From assembly GCA_018701105.1 (NCBI GenBank), contig JABIWD010000004.1, positions 1-46,955 on the forward strand: a stretch of 46,955 nucleotides of DNA, given 5' to 3'. Source of the DNA: Candidatus Uhrbacteria bacterium (GTDB lineage: Bacteria; Patescibacteriota; Patescibacteriia; UBA9934; UBA11717). The notes below the pieces were generated by a model that was not told the origin of the DNA, searched no databases, and saw only the letters and a list, made by a program, of their open reading frames with translations. Below, piece by piece: positions 8,619-18,731 of the stretch (its first letter is position 1; each line of letters begins with the position of its first letter). The position numbers and the translations under genes are program-made.

Positions 8619-8736
8619 GCGAAGCGAAATGGATGAGATTTGCGTGAAGGCCCGAGGAGCGAAGTAAGTAGTATCTTTATACTACGTCGAGCACCGCAGG
8701 GACTGAACGCAAAGGTCGCCATTTCGCAAGCGAAGC
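8619..8736. repeat. Long imperfect palindromic (RPE/MITE-like) element in the tRNA-Leu leader
   Basis: Nested arms GCGAAATGG/CCATTTCGC, TTTGCGT/ACGCAAA and GTAGTAT/ATACTAC. Confidence 0.6.
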
Positions 8737-8738
8737 CC

Positions 8739-8823
8739 GCCGCGGTGATGGAATGGTAGACATAGGGGACTTAAAATCCCCGGGCCTTTGGCCGTGCGGG
8801 TTCAATTCCCGCCCGCGGTACCA
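8739..8823 (+). tRNA. tRNA-Leu(TAA)
   Basis: GCCGCGG acceptor, GGGGA-CTTAAAA-TCCCC anticodon arm, long variable arm, ends ACCA. Confidence 0.97.
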
Positions 8824-8978
8824 CCCCGTCAAACGGGGTCACCTCCGTTTGAATGGTCCATAATTGTAAAAACGTCCGTCGAGCACCAAATCGCGTTCGA
8901 CGCGACGGTACCAAAAAGACATTGAGTATTCTCGATGTTTTTTTGTTATACTGTCCATACCATTACTAATCTCACGCT

Positions 8979-10070
8979 ATGAGCGCATTACCCGCGAATC
9001 CGTTCGCACCTGTGAATGAAGCGGTCGTGGAGCCAGATCCCACTTCGCCCGAGGGGCTACTAGGGACAAGCCGAATCGTTGAGGCTGTTATCAAAGAGGA
9101 AGATGCAGTTATCGATGTCGGTCTACGCCCACAATCGTTGGAGGAGTTCATTGGCCAAGAGAAGTTGAAGGGCAACCTTCGTATTTTTATTGATGCCGCA
9201 AAGAAACGCGGTGACGTTTTGGATCACATTCTTTTATATGGGAATCCGGGACTTGGAAAGACAACTCTCGCTCACATAATCGCGAACGAGGCTGAGTGCA
9301 ATATCAAAGTGACCTCAGGTCCGGCGCTTGAGCGTGTTGGAGATCTTGCGGCGATACTCACGAACCTCCAGGAAGGTGATGTCTTGTTCATAGACGAGAT
9401 CCATCGCATGAACAAAGCTATCGAAGAAGTGCTCTACCCTGCTATGGAAGACTGCGCACTCGACCTAGTGGTCGGGAAAGGACCAACGGCGCGCATGATC
9501 AGACTCGCACTTGAGAAGTTCACCATCATCGGTGCAACAACTCGTATGAGTTTACTGTCGTCACCGTTGCGAGATCGCTTTGGTGGTGTGCATCACCTTA
9601 CATTCTACTCACCAGAGAACATGAAGAAGATCGTCGCGCGTTCAGCTGGTATACTAGAGGTGCCGATCGATGACGTGTCACAAGAGATCATCGCGAACCG
9701 ATGTCGACGCACACCACGAATCGCAAACCGGTTGCTCAAACGTGTTCGAGACTACGCGCAGGTTAAGCATGACGGTAACATTGTGTCGGATGTAGCCGAC
9801 GCAGCACTCGAGGCGCTCGAGATTGATGCACACGGAATGGATGCGGTTGATCGTCAGATTCTCAACACCATTATCGACACATTCCAGGGCGGACCAGTCG
9901 GGCTCAACGCACTAGCCGCGGCAACAGCTCAGGAAGAGAAGACGATCGAAGACGTGTACGAGCCTTTCCTCATGCAACTCGGCTTCCTCAACAGAACGCC
10001 GCGCGGTCGCATGGCAACTGGTAAGGCGTACGACTACCTTGGAATAAAACCACCTTCAACACTACTATGA
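8979..10070 (+). CDS. ruvB: Holliday junction branch migration helicase RuvB
   Basis: '[12 protein letters not shown]', Walker A 'GNPGLGKT', 'FIDEIHR', 'GATTR' and 'RTPRGR'. Confidence 0.97.
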   Translation: MSALPANPFAPVNEAVVEPDPTSPEGLLGTSRIVEAVIKEEDAVIDVGLRPQSLEEFIGQEKLKGNLRIFIDAAKKRGDVLDHILLYGNPGLGKTTLAHIIANEAECNIKVTSGPALERVGDLAAILTNLQEGDVLFIDEIHRMNKAIEEVLYPAMEDCALDLVVGKGPTARMIRLALEKFTIIGATTRMSLLSSPLRDRFGGVHHLTFYSPENMKKIVARSAGILEVPIDDVSQEIIANRCRRTPRIANRLLKRVRDYAQVKHDGNIVSDVADAALEALEIDAHGMDAVDRQILNTIIDTFQGGPVGLNALAAATAQEEKTIEDVYEPFLMQLGFLNRTPRGRMATGKAYDYLGIKPPSTLL

Positions 10071-10309
10071 TCCCAGTCAGCATTCTCCTAATTGTATTCG
10101 TCGCGTTCATGCTCATGGTTTTGTTGTACACCTTTTTCAACGTGTACCACATGATCCGATTCGGAGAAGCTCGATTAAGAACGGTTCTCATTGTAGTTGT
10201 ATATCTACTCTGTCTCGCAAGCATCCTAGGATGGTCCGCGTACCTGATTGCGCAAGCTGATTGGTCCGCATCGATTCAAATTATTCCAGACACCCCTCTC
10301 CTTCCTTAA
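10067..10309 (+). CDS. Small two-TM membrane protein
   Basis: ATGA overlap with the ruvB stop; two hydrophobic helices. Confidence 0.7.
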   Translation: MIPVSILLIVFVAFMLMVLLYTFFNVYHMIRFGEARLRTVLIVVVYLLCLASILGWSAYLIAQADWSASIQIIPDTPLLP

Positions 10310-10310
10310 T

Positions 10311-10877
10311 ATGTTGCACATATCACATCTACCAAACAGCAGACCAGGAGAGAAAACCGTCCTGTTCCTTCGACGACACTGGGTCGGCGTGTTCAAGCTT
10401 GTAGCAATTACGCTCGCAGCTGCAGCCGCTCCGATCATAGTCCAGTTCATGCTGAGCTACGTAGCACCAGGAGTCCTTGCGGCTCCCGCGACGGATGCAA
10501 TCTCGGCAGTCTTCCTTTCAATATACTATTTGTCGATCATCACGTTCTTCTTCCAAGAGTTCATAGATTACTACCTGGACACATGGATAGTCACAACGGA
10601 ACGGATCATCAACATCGAACAACACGGACTCTTCCAAAGAGTCGCCTCAGAGATGCACCTCCCTTCCGTGCAAGACTCGTCAGCTGAAATCAAAGGCGCA
10701 CTACACACATTTCTAGATTACGGCGACGTGTTCATACAAAGCGCCGGTGAGGCAAAACGATTCCACTTCAAAAACGTAGCGCATCCGGAACGTGTGCGAG
10801 TTACGATTCTGAGATTGGCCGAGAACGATCGGATACGAGAGGAGCATAGGCCACCGTCACATATTATCGGAAACTAA
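10311..10877 (+). CDS. Membrane protein with bacterial PH (bPH_2) domain
   Basis: 'GEK...LRRHW', 'WIVTTERII', 'GLF' and 'LDYGDVFIQSAG' motifs. Confidence 0.82.
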   Translation: MLHISHLPNSRPGEKTVLFLRRHWVGVFKLVAITLAAAAAPIIVQFMLSYVAPGVLAAPATDAISAVFLSIYYLSIITFFFQEFIDYYLDTWIVTTERIINIEQHGLFQRVASEMHLPSVQDSSAEIKGALHTFLDYGDVFIQSAGEAKRFHFKNVAHPERVRVTILRLAENDRIREEHRPPSHIIGN

Positions 10878-10916
10878 AACGACCCAGCTCCTCACGAGGG
10901 GCGGGGTCGTTTTTTT
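10876..10916. terminator. Bidirectional intrinsic terminator
   Basis: AAAACGACCC...GGGTCGTTTTTT between convergent genes. Confidence 0.75.
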
Positions 10917-11949
10917 ATTTCCAACTATGCGAGTTCCATGCCCAGTAACTTAGTTTCTTCACGTTATCAAAACTCTCACCACGCGAATCTGATCCAAATA
11001 CGACAACGATAAGCTCTTTCTCCTCGGCGTCCTTTGATGGTCGCAACATTTCCACCACGTTCCATCGCGACTCGTGTAAATAACCTGTCTTCCCCGCCAT
11101 CACCCACACGTCATCGTACTGAGGTTTGTATAACATCCAATTTGTCGTCGTTATCTGACGATCTTCTCCGTCCGATCCTGCTATCGACATCCGCACGGTC
11201 TGCGTTGTCTCGCGGACGAGCTCGTTACCCGTGAAAACGTGACGTGCCATCTCAGCTACCTCACGTGCAGTCGACACGTTCTCGATCTCAATACCTGTTG
11301 GGTCGACTAGTATCGTACGCCGCAACCCCATCATGCGTACTCGATCATTCATGTAACCGATGAACGATGGACCCGAGACTCCTAGCGACCGAGAGATCGC
11401 ATTCGCCGCGTTGTTCGCAGATCCTACAAGTGTCGCAGAGAGAAGATCACTGACTTTAAAGCTTGTCCCGTCCTCAACCCACAACCTTGCTCCGCCAACA
11501 TTATCCTCGTCTCTCACTGCCCACTGTTTTTCAAAATTATTCGTTTGCTTTGTAATGACATCTGTTGTTACGAGTTTGGTAATACTCGCAATCGGCCATT
11601 CCTGATCTGCCTTATTAGCACCAAGTATCTTCCCCGAGTTTTTGTCGACGATGATCCACGCCTCAGCGTCGATCAATGGCTGATCTACGTTCGATCGCAC
11701 AGGAGGCTCAACGGCAGGGGCATAACTCGCAAGCTCCGGCATAGATCGCCAGCCATATTGTCGCGCCCAATCCTCGAAGTTGATCAGGAACCCAGACGCC
11801 GATCCTAAAATCGCATCACCATTAACATCAAACGCCGCCTGGAGATCTGTACGCACATCATAAACCCGCTGCAACCGATCCGGCATTGCAAAAGCCGTGC
11901 TCGGCGCGAGCATTAGCAGTATCGCAAAAGTTGATGCTAAGTATTTCAT
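10915..11949 (-). CDS. Serine-type D-Ala-D-Ala carboxypeptidase/endopeptidase (peptidase S11)
   Basis: SxxK ('ASITK'), SxN ('SAN') and KTG motifs; signal peptide. Confidence 0.9.
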   Translation of the reverse strand: MKYLASTFAILLMLAPSTAFAMPDRLQRVYDVRTDLQAAFDVNGDAILGSASGFLINFEDWARQYGWRSMPELASYAPAVEPPVRSNVDQPLIDAEAWIIVDKNSGKILGANKADQEWPIASITKLVTTDVITKQTNNFEKQWAVRDEDNVGGARLWVEDGTSFKVSDLLSATLVGSANNAANAISRSLGVSGPSFIGYMNDRVRMMGLRRTILVDPTGIEIENVSTAREVAEMARHVFTGNELVRETTQTVRMSIAGSDGEDRQITTTNWMLYKPQYDDVWVMAGKTGYLHESRWNVVEMLRPSKDAEEKELIVVVFGSDSRGESFDNVKKLSYWAWNSHSWK

Positions 11950-12767
11950 CGTTTAGCAAGCTGTTCGTAACCTGGCCCACCCGGGTCTACAATGCCAAGG
12001 GTTCCTAGATCAGCATATGTCTCAAGTCGCACATGCAAATCCTCCCAGGTTTCGCTGGTGCCGATCTCGTCAATCACTCGCAGTAAAATATATGTGTTCA
12101 CCCCCGTCTCACCCGTACCCGTGTCTGCAATGATCGGCTGCTTAGAATCGTACAGTTCTGGAATCATCTGCGCACCATGACATCCACCGAGCAACAGAAT
12201 TGTATGCTCGTTCATCTTGTCTTTAGCAAGCTCATACAATCTCGCCATATCACCCTCATGGCCTCGAAGTTGAATCATTGCAAAATGTTCATCTCCAATG
12301 CGTTTCTGTAAATCTTCATTACCCCAGTCTTCGGAGTTCGCGATCACGATCGGCACACGTTGGTTTTCTTCCATGCCTTCAATAAGCTGCACTTCACCTT
12401 GACCGCCTTCTACTGGAACATTCTGGCCCTCATCCAGACCTCGATCCATTGGGTTCGCACTCACAATGGCTCTATTCAAAACTCCACGCTTATCAAACTT
12501 GAATTTTTTATCTTCAGGTCTTCCATCGCTACGAACCTTCAAGGTGTCCATAACTCCGATCTCCTCCGCTTCGTTAGCAGTGATAACCAACACACCTCCC
12601 GACAAATCTCGAAAGTTCTCAATATCCGCCGGCTCTACATACTCTTTCTCCTCCCGCCCTTCTCGACCCTCTGGAGTTGGCTCAACAGCACAACCCTCAC
12701 CAAGCACTACGGCCCCTGCGGCGGCGGCTACTCCCTTTAAAAATTCTCGTCTAGATGGATTTCTCAT
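11946..12767 (-). CDS. Hypothetical exported protein with twin-arginine-type signal and possible lipobox
   Basis: N-terminus 'MRNPSRREFLKGVAAAAGAVVLGEGC'; stop overlaps the start of the S11 peptidase. Confidence 0.7.
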   Translation of the reverse strand: MRNPSRREFLKGVAAAAGAVVLGEGCAVEPTPEGREGREEKEYVEPADIENFRDLSGGVLVITANEAEEIGVMDTLKVRSDGRPEDKKFKFDKRGVLNRAIVSANPMDRGLDEGQNVPVEGGQGEVQLIEGMEENQRVPIVIANSEDWGNEDLQKRIGDEHFAMIQLRGHEGDMARLYELAKDKMNEHTILLLGGCHGAQMIPELYDSKQPIIADTGTGETGVNTYILLRVIDEIGTSETWEDLHVRLETYADLGTLGIVDPGGPGYEQLAKR

Positions 12768-12808
12768 ATGAAAACAGTATATCAAAAAAACCGAGGTCTC
12801 CCTCGGTT

Positions 12809-14896
12809 TTACCAACGCTTGATTAATTCTACGCCTGTATAAAAGTATTTAAGTATCTCGTCGTAAGTCGATCCATCATCGGCCATACAAAGCGCTCCGC
12901 CAGCCGACAAACCAACTCCGTGTCCCCACTTCACACGCCCAACCTCACATGGAACGCTAACTGACTGCGCGTACGGAACCTCTCGTCCCCAAACGCTCTT
13001 CCATGATCGTGTTCGTCCGTCTGACCGTGAGAAGTATGCCGCGATGATAGTCTCGCCATCATACTGAACCGTCTGCCCGGCAGTGTCGATCACTGCCTTC
13101 ACAACATTTGGTCGGCGAGTCTCCGCACCGTATCCGTGATACACCTGGTCGTACGTACTCGACCGCATGTCGATAAACTCACCCGCGTACTTTGTCTTCG
13201 TCTCCCACGCGTAAGTCGCGTATGTCCGTGCCGACGTATACAAAGTCTTGTGATATTCCTCCGGTGCGTAATCGCTAGTCTCATCTATGCCTCGCAAGTA
13301 CTTCTCCATCGGTAACTCGTTGATCAACCATGTTCGATCTTTCACTCCATTGAACCGAACTTCTAATGTGTCTCGGAAAGTATTGTCGTTCAAAGATGTA
13401 TTCCACGACCGCACATCATCACGACTCGATATCGTGAAGATCGTATCTTCGTTCTTACCCTCAAACCGCAGGAACGAATCCGCAACATGTAAAATATCTC
13501 CTGATTTGAAAACGTACTTTGATCCATTGAAGTTAACCTCCATCACCTGCCCCGCCGGAATCACGAATCGCTCGTACCCAACATCGGACTCTACAACCGT
13601 CACATCGGTGTTCGCAGTAAAGATCGCCGCTGCGTCCAAGATCTCGATCCCAACTCGCACGCGAGGCTCCTCAATCTTCACACCTTCGCGGTAAACCGTC
13701 TGCGTGAGTGGCGCAACTTTCTTTGGTGAGTCTAATATCTCCGCTGCATTACTCGTAACATTCACCGGAATCTCGACAATCGCATCGGGAATCACCACTC
13801 CATCGGCAACCAGTTGAAACGCTGCAGTATACGACCCTGTTTGGTGAGGTGCACGGAAAGTGAAGTCAATCCGCTCAACGAGGCCAGGTGTTACGACCTT
13901 CCCCGCTGAAGTCTTTGCAACGCTGTTCGATGCCCACGAAGGATGATAGTACGAGATCTCTGTGTTAGCCGCAGCCAATGCTGACGTAACAGGCGTCAAT
14001 TCGTATGCGCTCCAAGCTTCCGTCCCCGAATTCTTGAAACTCGCACGAAGTGAAACCTCCTCATTCGCCCTAACAGTTACCTGCTTAGCGCTCTTCATCA
14101 GTAAAAATCCATCATATCCCGTAGGGACGCCCTTCTGCGCGTCCGCACTAGCATTGCTGGAATCGCTAGCATCATCAGAATCATCTAGAGCGGGCGCGGA
14201 TAACGGCGCCCCTACATTGGAATTTGCGCTAACTACAGTCACATTTACCGCTACCGACCCTCCAACCCACGAAACATCCTCCGCAGAAACTCGGAAATAC
14301 TCAGTTATCTCGCCCTCATACCCTGGTGGGCCAAAAACAAAAAGTTCCACCGTACCAGTTTGGCCAGGTGCAACGGATGATTCCATTAATGTTCCTACTT
14401 GATGATCCGACCGCCACTTTGGACCGCGGAGTGGGCTTACATGATACTTGGGCTCATATGTATATGCCGAGATGTAGTTTGCGCCGTCTCGATACCAAGT
14501 CTCACTCCCCGTGTTCTTTACTTTAATCCGAACCGCCTTCGCCTCCCCGTTACCTACCGTGACATGACTTGGCTCCGTACTTACAACCAAACCGTCATAC
14601 CCTGCTCGCGCGTGAGCAGTTGGTATCCCTAGCATTGCATTCGTTACGCTCGCCACGTTGAACGAAACTGGAACGTTCTGTGCCTCCATCGACACGTTTA
14701 ATGTTGATTCAAAGAATGACAATGCAAGGGACATGGCTACCAAAAGAAAAAACGCGGCAAGAACATGAGAAACCAACTCCCAACGGTCAGTCAGGATATC
14801 TTTCATATTCTTGTCACGCTTCATCTCAAAGTTCGCAACATGATGTTCATGTGCGCGCTTGATAGTTTCGTGAAGGTTACGGTCTTCAAACATCAT
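12809..14896 (-). CDS. SpoIID/LytB-domain protein with Ig-like (NBR1-like) repeats
   Basis: 'INELPMEKYLRGI', 'ARTYA', 'DQVYHG' and 'GHGVGLS...GA..MA...Y..IL.Y.Y'; two 'KN(T/S)G.E.W' Ig-like units; N-terminal TM. Confidence 0.88.
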   Translation of the reverse strand: MMFEDRNLHETIKRAHEHHVANFEMKRDKNMKDILTDRWELVSHVLAAFFLLVAMSLALSFFESTLNVSMEAQNVPVSFNVASVTNAMLGIPTAHARAGYDGLVVSTEPSHVTVGNGEAKAVRIKVKNTGSETWYRDGANYISAYTYEPKYHVSPLRGPKWRSDHQVGTLMESSVAPGQTGTVELFVFGPPGYEGEITEYFRVSAEDVSWVGGSVAVNVTVVSANSNVGAPLSAPALDDSDDASDSSNASADAQKGVPTGYDGFLLMKSAKQVTVRANEEVSLRASFKNSGTEAWSAYELTPVTSALAAANTEISYYHPSWASNSVAKTSAGKVVTPGLVERIDFTFRAPHQTGSYTAAFQLVADGVVIPDAIVEIPVNVTSNAAEILDSPKKVAPLTQTVYREGVKIEEPRVRVGIEILDAAAIFTANTDVTVVESDVGYERFVIPAGQVMEVNFNGSKYVFKSGDILHVADSFLRFEGKNEDTIFTISSRDDVRSWNTSLNDNTFRDTLEVRFNGVKDRTWLINELPMEKYLRGIDETSDYAPEEYHKTLYTSARTYATYAWETKTKYAGEFIDMRSSTYDQVYHGYGAETRRPNVVKAVIDTAGQTVQYDGETIIAAYFSRSDGRTRSWKSVWGREVPYAQSVSVPCEVGRVKWGHGVGLSAGGALCMADDGSTYDEILKYFYTGVELIKRW

Positions 14897-15065
14897 TTGT
14901 ACTATGATCTATCATCGCGGTATACACACAATAACACGAAAAAACCCGTTTGTCAAGTTGTGAATACATTGCGTGTTCACCATTTTAATAAAAACACCCC
15001 AACGCAGTTCGCGCCGGGGCTGTCGTAATGAGTCGCTCACTTGCGATTGCCGCACTCCGCTGCTC

Positions 15066-15887
15066 TTACAGCTTATTCGCGTGCTCAAAGACGCTCCACC
15101 AAGTAGCGTTATGAGCTTCGCCGTACTGCAGAGACTTTGCCAACGCCTCCAGCACTCGATCGCACTCCTTGACGTAGTCGAGAGCGCTGAACTTCAGGCA
15201 CTGGCCGTCGTGATCGAATACCGCCAGTTTGTTACCTTTGCCCTTGTAGCCGTCCCTGAGAAAGAGTCGCCACCCGTTGTAGTCCGATCTCTTCCCGAAG
15301 AAGCCATGAACCGGTGCCTCAAACAGGATGGTCTCAAACTCCTGAGGCTGAACCGAGTCAATCAGCACCCGCGTTCTTCCATCTTCTTGCGAGTAGATGT
15401 AGAACTTGAGATTCCTCTCTTTCCAAACCTCCAATGCACTCGCGCTGATGATCGCGCTGATCATCGCAACACAGATCGGGATTATCACCACGACCGATGT
15501 CATGCAAGCCGGCATGCCCATGAACGTAACCGACCCAGCTGCATACAAAGCAGCCAACAGCAAGTAACCGGTACCTGCACCGCCTGTAGCGAATGCAACG
15601 ATCACACATGCCCACTTGAACAGGTCCCAGATCGCTTCACCGGGCCACCACTTCGGCGCGGAAAACCCATCAAGCACCATTCTCTCGAGCCGTAGCCACA
15701 GAACCCCCGGATGCCTCAACTGATACCAGAACCCGTAATGCCAGCCCATTTGGACCTCCACATCGCCATATTTCCTCTCGGCGAACACAATAGTAGTACC
15801 AACTTTTTGCGCAAACGTCAATCCAAAATAAAAACCCGCCGGGCACCTATCCAGGCACCATAAATTGAAATTTGCCCAATTGTTCAT
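15066..15887 (-). CDS. Hypothetical membrane protein
   Basis: 273-aa ORF with central TM cluster; followed by a hairpin at about 14990-15023. Confidence 0.6.
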   Translation of the reverse strand: MNNWANFNLWCLDRCPAGFYFGLTFAQKVGTTIVFAERKYGDVEVQMGWHYGFWYQLRHPGVLWLRLERMVLDGFSAPKWWPGEAIWDLFKWACVIVAFATGGAGTGYLLLAALYAAGSVTFMGMPACMTSVVVIIPICVAMISAIISASALEVWKERNLKFYIYSQEDGRTRVLIDSVQPQEFETILFEAPVHGFFGKRSDYNGWRLFLRDGYKGKGNKLAVFDHDGQCLKFSALDYVKECDRVLEALAKSLQYGEAHNATWWSVFEHANKL

Positions 15888-15922
15888 TTGTCATTCCCCT
15901 TCCTGAAACGTACACTGTCACC

Positions 15923-17359
15923 ATGTCACAGCTTAAGAGGATTGCCTCAAATACAATCGTACAGTTGATAGGCCGAGTAATCGGTACAGTTTTTGGCATC
16001 CTCACGATTGCTGTGCTTACAAGATCACTCGGTGCTGACGGTTACGGACAGTTCACGCTCGCGATTACTTTCCTCGCGATAGCAGGCGCCCTTGCAGACT
16101 TTGGATTTACGTTGACGACCACGCAGATGATCTCTGAGAAGGGCGCGGATGAAAGCAAGATCGTAAGCAACGCGTTTACACTCCGAATGATAACCGGTCT
16201 CACCTTCTTCACGCTTGCCGTGATCGTGAGCATCTTCATGCCGTACGACGCGATCGTAAAGCTCACCATAATCGTCGGATCGTTCTCCTACTTCTTCATG
16301 ACGAGTTCGCAGATGTTGATTGGCGTCTACCAAAAACACATGGCCATGTGGCGACCAGCGTTAGCAGAAGCCGTGAGTCGTGGACTGATCTTCATCATCA
16401 TTATCATCCTCGCAGGGGTTGCGCCTACGGTTCCCAACATGATGGGAGCGTTCGTAGTTGGAAACTTGCTCCTACTGATCATGAACGTTGGCTTCGCGCA
16501 AAAATACGCACCAGTTAAGCTCGCGTGGGACGGCAAGATCATCAAAGCGTACATCTCACGGTCATGGCCAATCGCAATCTCGATCTTCTTTAACCTTCTT
16601 TACCTTAAAGGCGACATCATCTTCCTTTCTTTCTATCGCGACACTGCAGAGATCGGACTTTACGGTGCGGCTTACAAAGTGCTCGACGTAGTGAGTGTGA
16701 TTCCGACGATGTTCATGGGGTTGATATTGCCGTTGCTCGTTCGCGAGTGGTCAGCGCGTTCAACCAAGAAAGTTCACGAGCTCCTACAACAAGCGCTCGA
16801 CTTCTTTGGACTCATGGGATTCCCAATGCTCGGCGGAACTCTCATCCTCGCAACACCAATCATGACGCTTATCGCCGGTGCCGAGTTCGAAGGCTCTGGT
16901 GAGTACCTGCAAATCCTCATGATCGCAAACACAGTCGTCTTCTTTGGCGTCCTCTTCGGTCACGCGATCGTCGGTATCAACAAACAAAAGTTCATCCTCC
17001 CTGCGTACATCATCACTGCGATTGTAACGACGATCCTGTACTTGATTACGATCCCGCGCTTCGGTGCGCTCGGTGCTGCGTGGTCAACAGTTGCAGCCGA
17101 GATCCTGATCGCGCTCATGACGACTTCAACCGTGATGTACTTCACAAAGTTCCGACCGAGATTGCGAAACACCTTCGTATACCTCATTTCGACCGCTCTA
17201 ATGACAACATTGGTCTGGTTTGGAGCTCAGAACATTGAAATGACCGCCTTCAACCTCCTCGCCCTCATTGCAACGGCCGCAATCGTTTACGCGCTTGCCG
17301 TATTTGCCCTAGGTGGTGTAAAACGAGAGACAATAAGACTGATAACAGGAAAGTCATGA
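15923..17359 (+). CDS. Wzx-type polysaccharide flippase
   Basis: 12-14 TMs; 'LTRSLGADGYG', 'ADFG', 'GLYGAAYK' and 'IPRFGALGAAWST'. Confidence 0.9.
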   Translation: MSQLKRIASNTIVQLIGRVIGTVFGILTIAVLTRSLGADGYGQFTLAITFLAIAGALADFGFTLTTTQMISEKGADESKIVSNAFTLRMITGLTFFTLAVIVSIFMPYDAIVKLTIIVGSFSYFFMTSSQMLIGVYQKHMAMWRPALAEAVSRGLIFIIIIILAGVAPTVPNMMGAFVVGNLLLLIMNVGFAQKYAPVKLAWDGKIIKAYISRSWPIAISIFFNLLYLKGDIIFLSFYRDTAEIGLYGAAYKVLDVVSVIPTMFMGLILPLLVREWSARSTKKVHELLQQALDFFGLMGFPMLGGTLILATPIMTLIAGAEFEGSGEYLQILMIANTVVFFGVLFGHAIVGINKQKFILPAYIITAIVTTILYLITIPRFGALGAAWSTVAAEILIALMTTSTVMYFTKFRPRLRNTFVYLISTALMTTLVWFGAQNIEMTAFNLLALIATAAIVYALAVFALGGVKRETIRLITGKS

Positions 17360-18729
17360 TCTGGTTGCTAACCGGAATATTATTGGCGATGTATTCGTAC
17401 ATCTGTTGGAGGTCCGTTCGTAACGGGCTTCTTGTTTTGATTGGGGCACTACCGCTCTACCTTATTAAGCTCAACTTCTTCTCGATACCGACCACCATGC
17501 TCGAGTTGATGATTGGCGTGGTATTTGTTTTCTGGGTAACTCGCGAGCTCGGAAACACCAGAAAACCCAGCACGTCATTGCGAGCGGCGGCGAAGCAACC
17601 TTTTCGTTTAAGTAGTGTTAGCAATAACAGGTTCGACCTAGCACTTCTCGGGACAGTCCTGCTCGTAATCGGCGCGATCCTAGGTCTATCGCAAACGAGT
17701 GATCTTGCAAGCTCACTAAACGCGATGAAGAGTTTCTTGATTGAGCCGATTCTCGTCGGGGCCATGATCTTCAGCGTGGAGTCGCGCAGCAAAAAAATAA
17801 AACTCAACGACTGGATGTTCGCACTCGCGGTACCGATGTCGATCTTGAGCCTCTACGCAATATTCCAATGGTTCACAGGCTTCGGGATTCCTGACGCATG
17901 GTTCCTAGAACGCCGCGTAACATCTTTCTTCCCCTACCCCAACGCGCTCGGCCACTTTGTAGCACCGATCGTAACGCTCATGATCGTCTGGTTCATGCAA
18001 CGCGGAGTCCGCAGACTCGGTGTACGCGACATCGTACTTCTCTCAACGATTCCACTCGGACTCATCGCACTCTTCCTGTCGCAAACCGAAGCAGCGTGGG
18101 TCGCGATCACGGCAACCGTCGTAATCGCCGGTATCGTAATCAACAAACATCGCAAAGCATGGATCGCTATTGCATTGCTCGGCGCGCTCTTTGCTGTCGC
18201 CGTACCGCAAGCTCGCCACAAGTTAATGCTCAACGACTGGTCCGGACAAACGCGAACCGCGCAGTGGGAAGAAACCGAAAACTTTTTATCAAACTCACAC
18301 CAAAACTTTTTCCTAGGCGCAGGTCCAAACAACTACCCAACCGCAATCGCGCCATATCACACACACGAACACCTCGAGATTTTCCAACAGCCCCACAACA
18401 TCTTTCTAAACATCTGGGTCGAGTACGGGTTACTCGGGCTCACAGGATTCCTTATCCTAACATCAGCAATTTTTAGCACGTCATTGCGAACGGGAGTGAA
18501 GCAACCTTTTCGTTTAAGCGATGTCGGCAATATCGGCAGCACGAGCAACCCAGCAACGCTAGCCATCACCGCAGCACTGCTCGAAATGAGCATCCATGGG
18601 CTCGTCGATGTTCCCTATTTCAAAAATGATCTCTCTGTGTTAATTTGGGCACTGGTGGCGTTAATGCTGCTTTCGAGTTACGATACTAATCAGTGTACAG
18701 AATCACCCACTTGCTTTACCGGGAGGTAA
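17356..18729 (+). CDS. O-antigen ligase/polymerase (Wzy_C) family protein
   Basis: 'RVTSFFPYPNALG', 'LGAGPNNY' and 'PHNIFLNIWVEYGLLG' motifs; ATGA overlap with the flippase. Confidence 0.88.
   Translation: MIWLLTGILLAMYSYICWRSVRNGLLVLIGALPLYLIKLNFFSIPTTMLELMIGVVFVFWVTRELGNTRKPSTSLRAAAKQPFRLSSVSNNRFDLALLGTVLLVIGAILGLSQTSDLASSLNAMKSFLIEPILVGAMIFSVESRSKKIKLNDWMFALAVPMSILSLYAIFQWFTGFGIPDAWFLERRVTSFFPYPNALGHFVAPIVTLMIVWFMQRGVRRLGVRDIVLLSTIPLGLIALFLSQTEAAWVAITATVVIAGIVINKHRKAWIAIALLGALFAVAVPQARHKLMLNDWSGQTRTAQWEETENFLSNSHQNFFLGAGPNNYPTAIAPYHTHEHLEIFQQPHNIFLNIWVEYGLLGLTGFLILTSAIFSTSLRTGVKQPFRLSDVGNIGSTSNPATLAITAALLEMSIHGLVDVPYFKNDLSVLIWALVALMLLSSYDTNQCTESPTCFTGR
17569..17628 (+). repeat. REP-like ~60-bp element, copy 1, in frame inside the O-antigen ligase gene
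   Basis: AGCACGTCATTGCGA...GAAGCAACCTTTTCGTTTAAG, encodes STSLRAAAKQPFRLSSVSNN. Confidence 0.75.
18475..18534 (+). repeat. REP-like ~60-bp element, copy 2, in frame inside the O-antigen ligase gene
   Basis: Same sequence as copy 1, encodes STSLRTGVKQPFRLSDVGNI. Confidence 0.75.
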
Positions 18730-18731
18730 AC

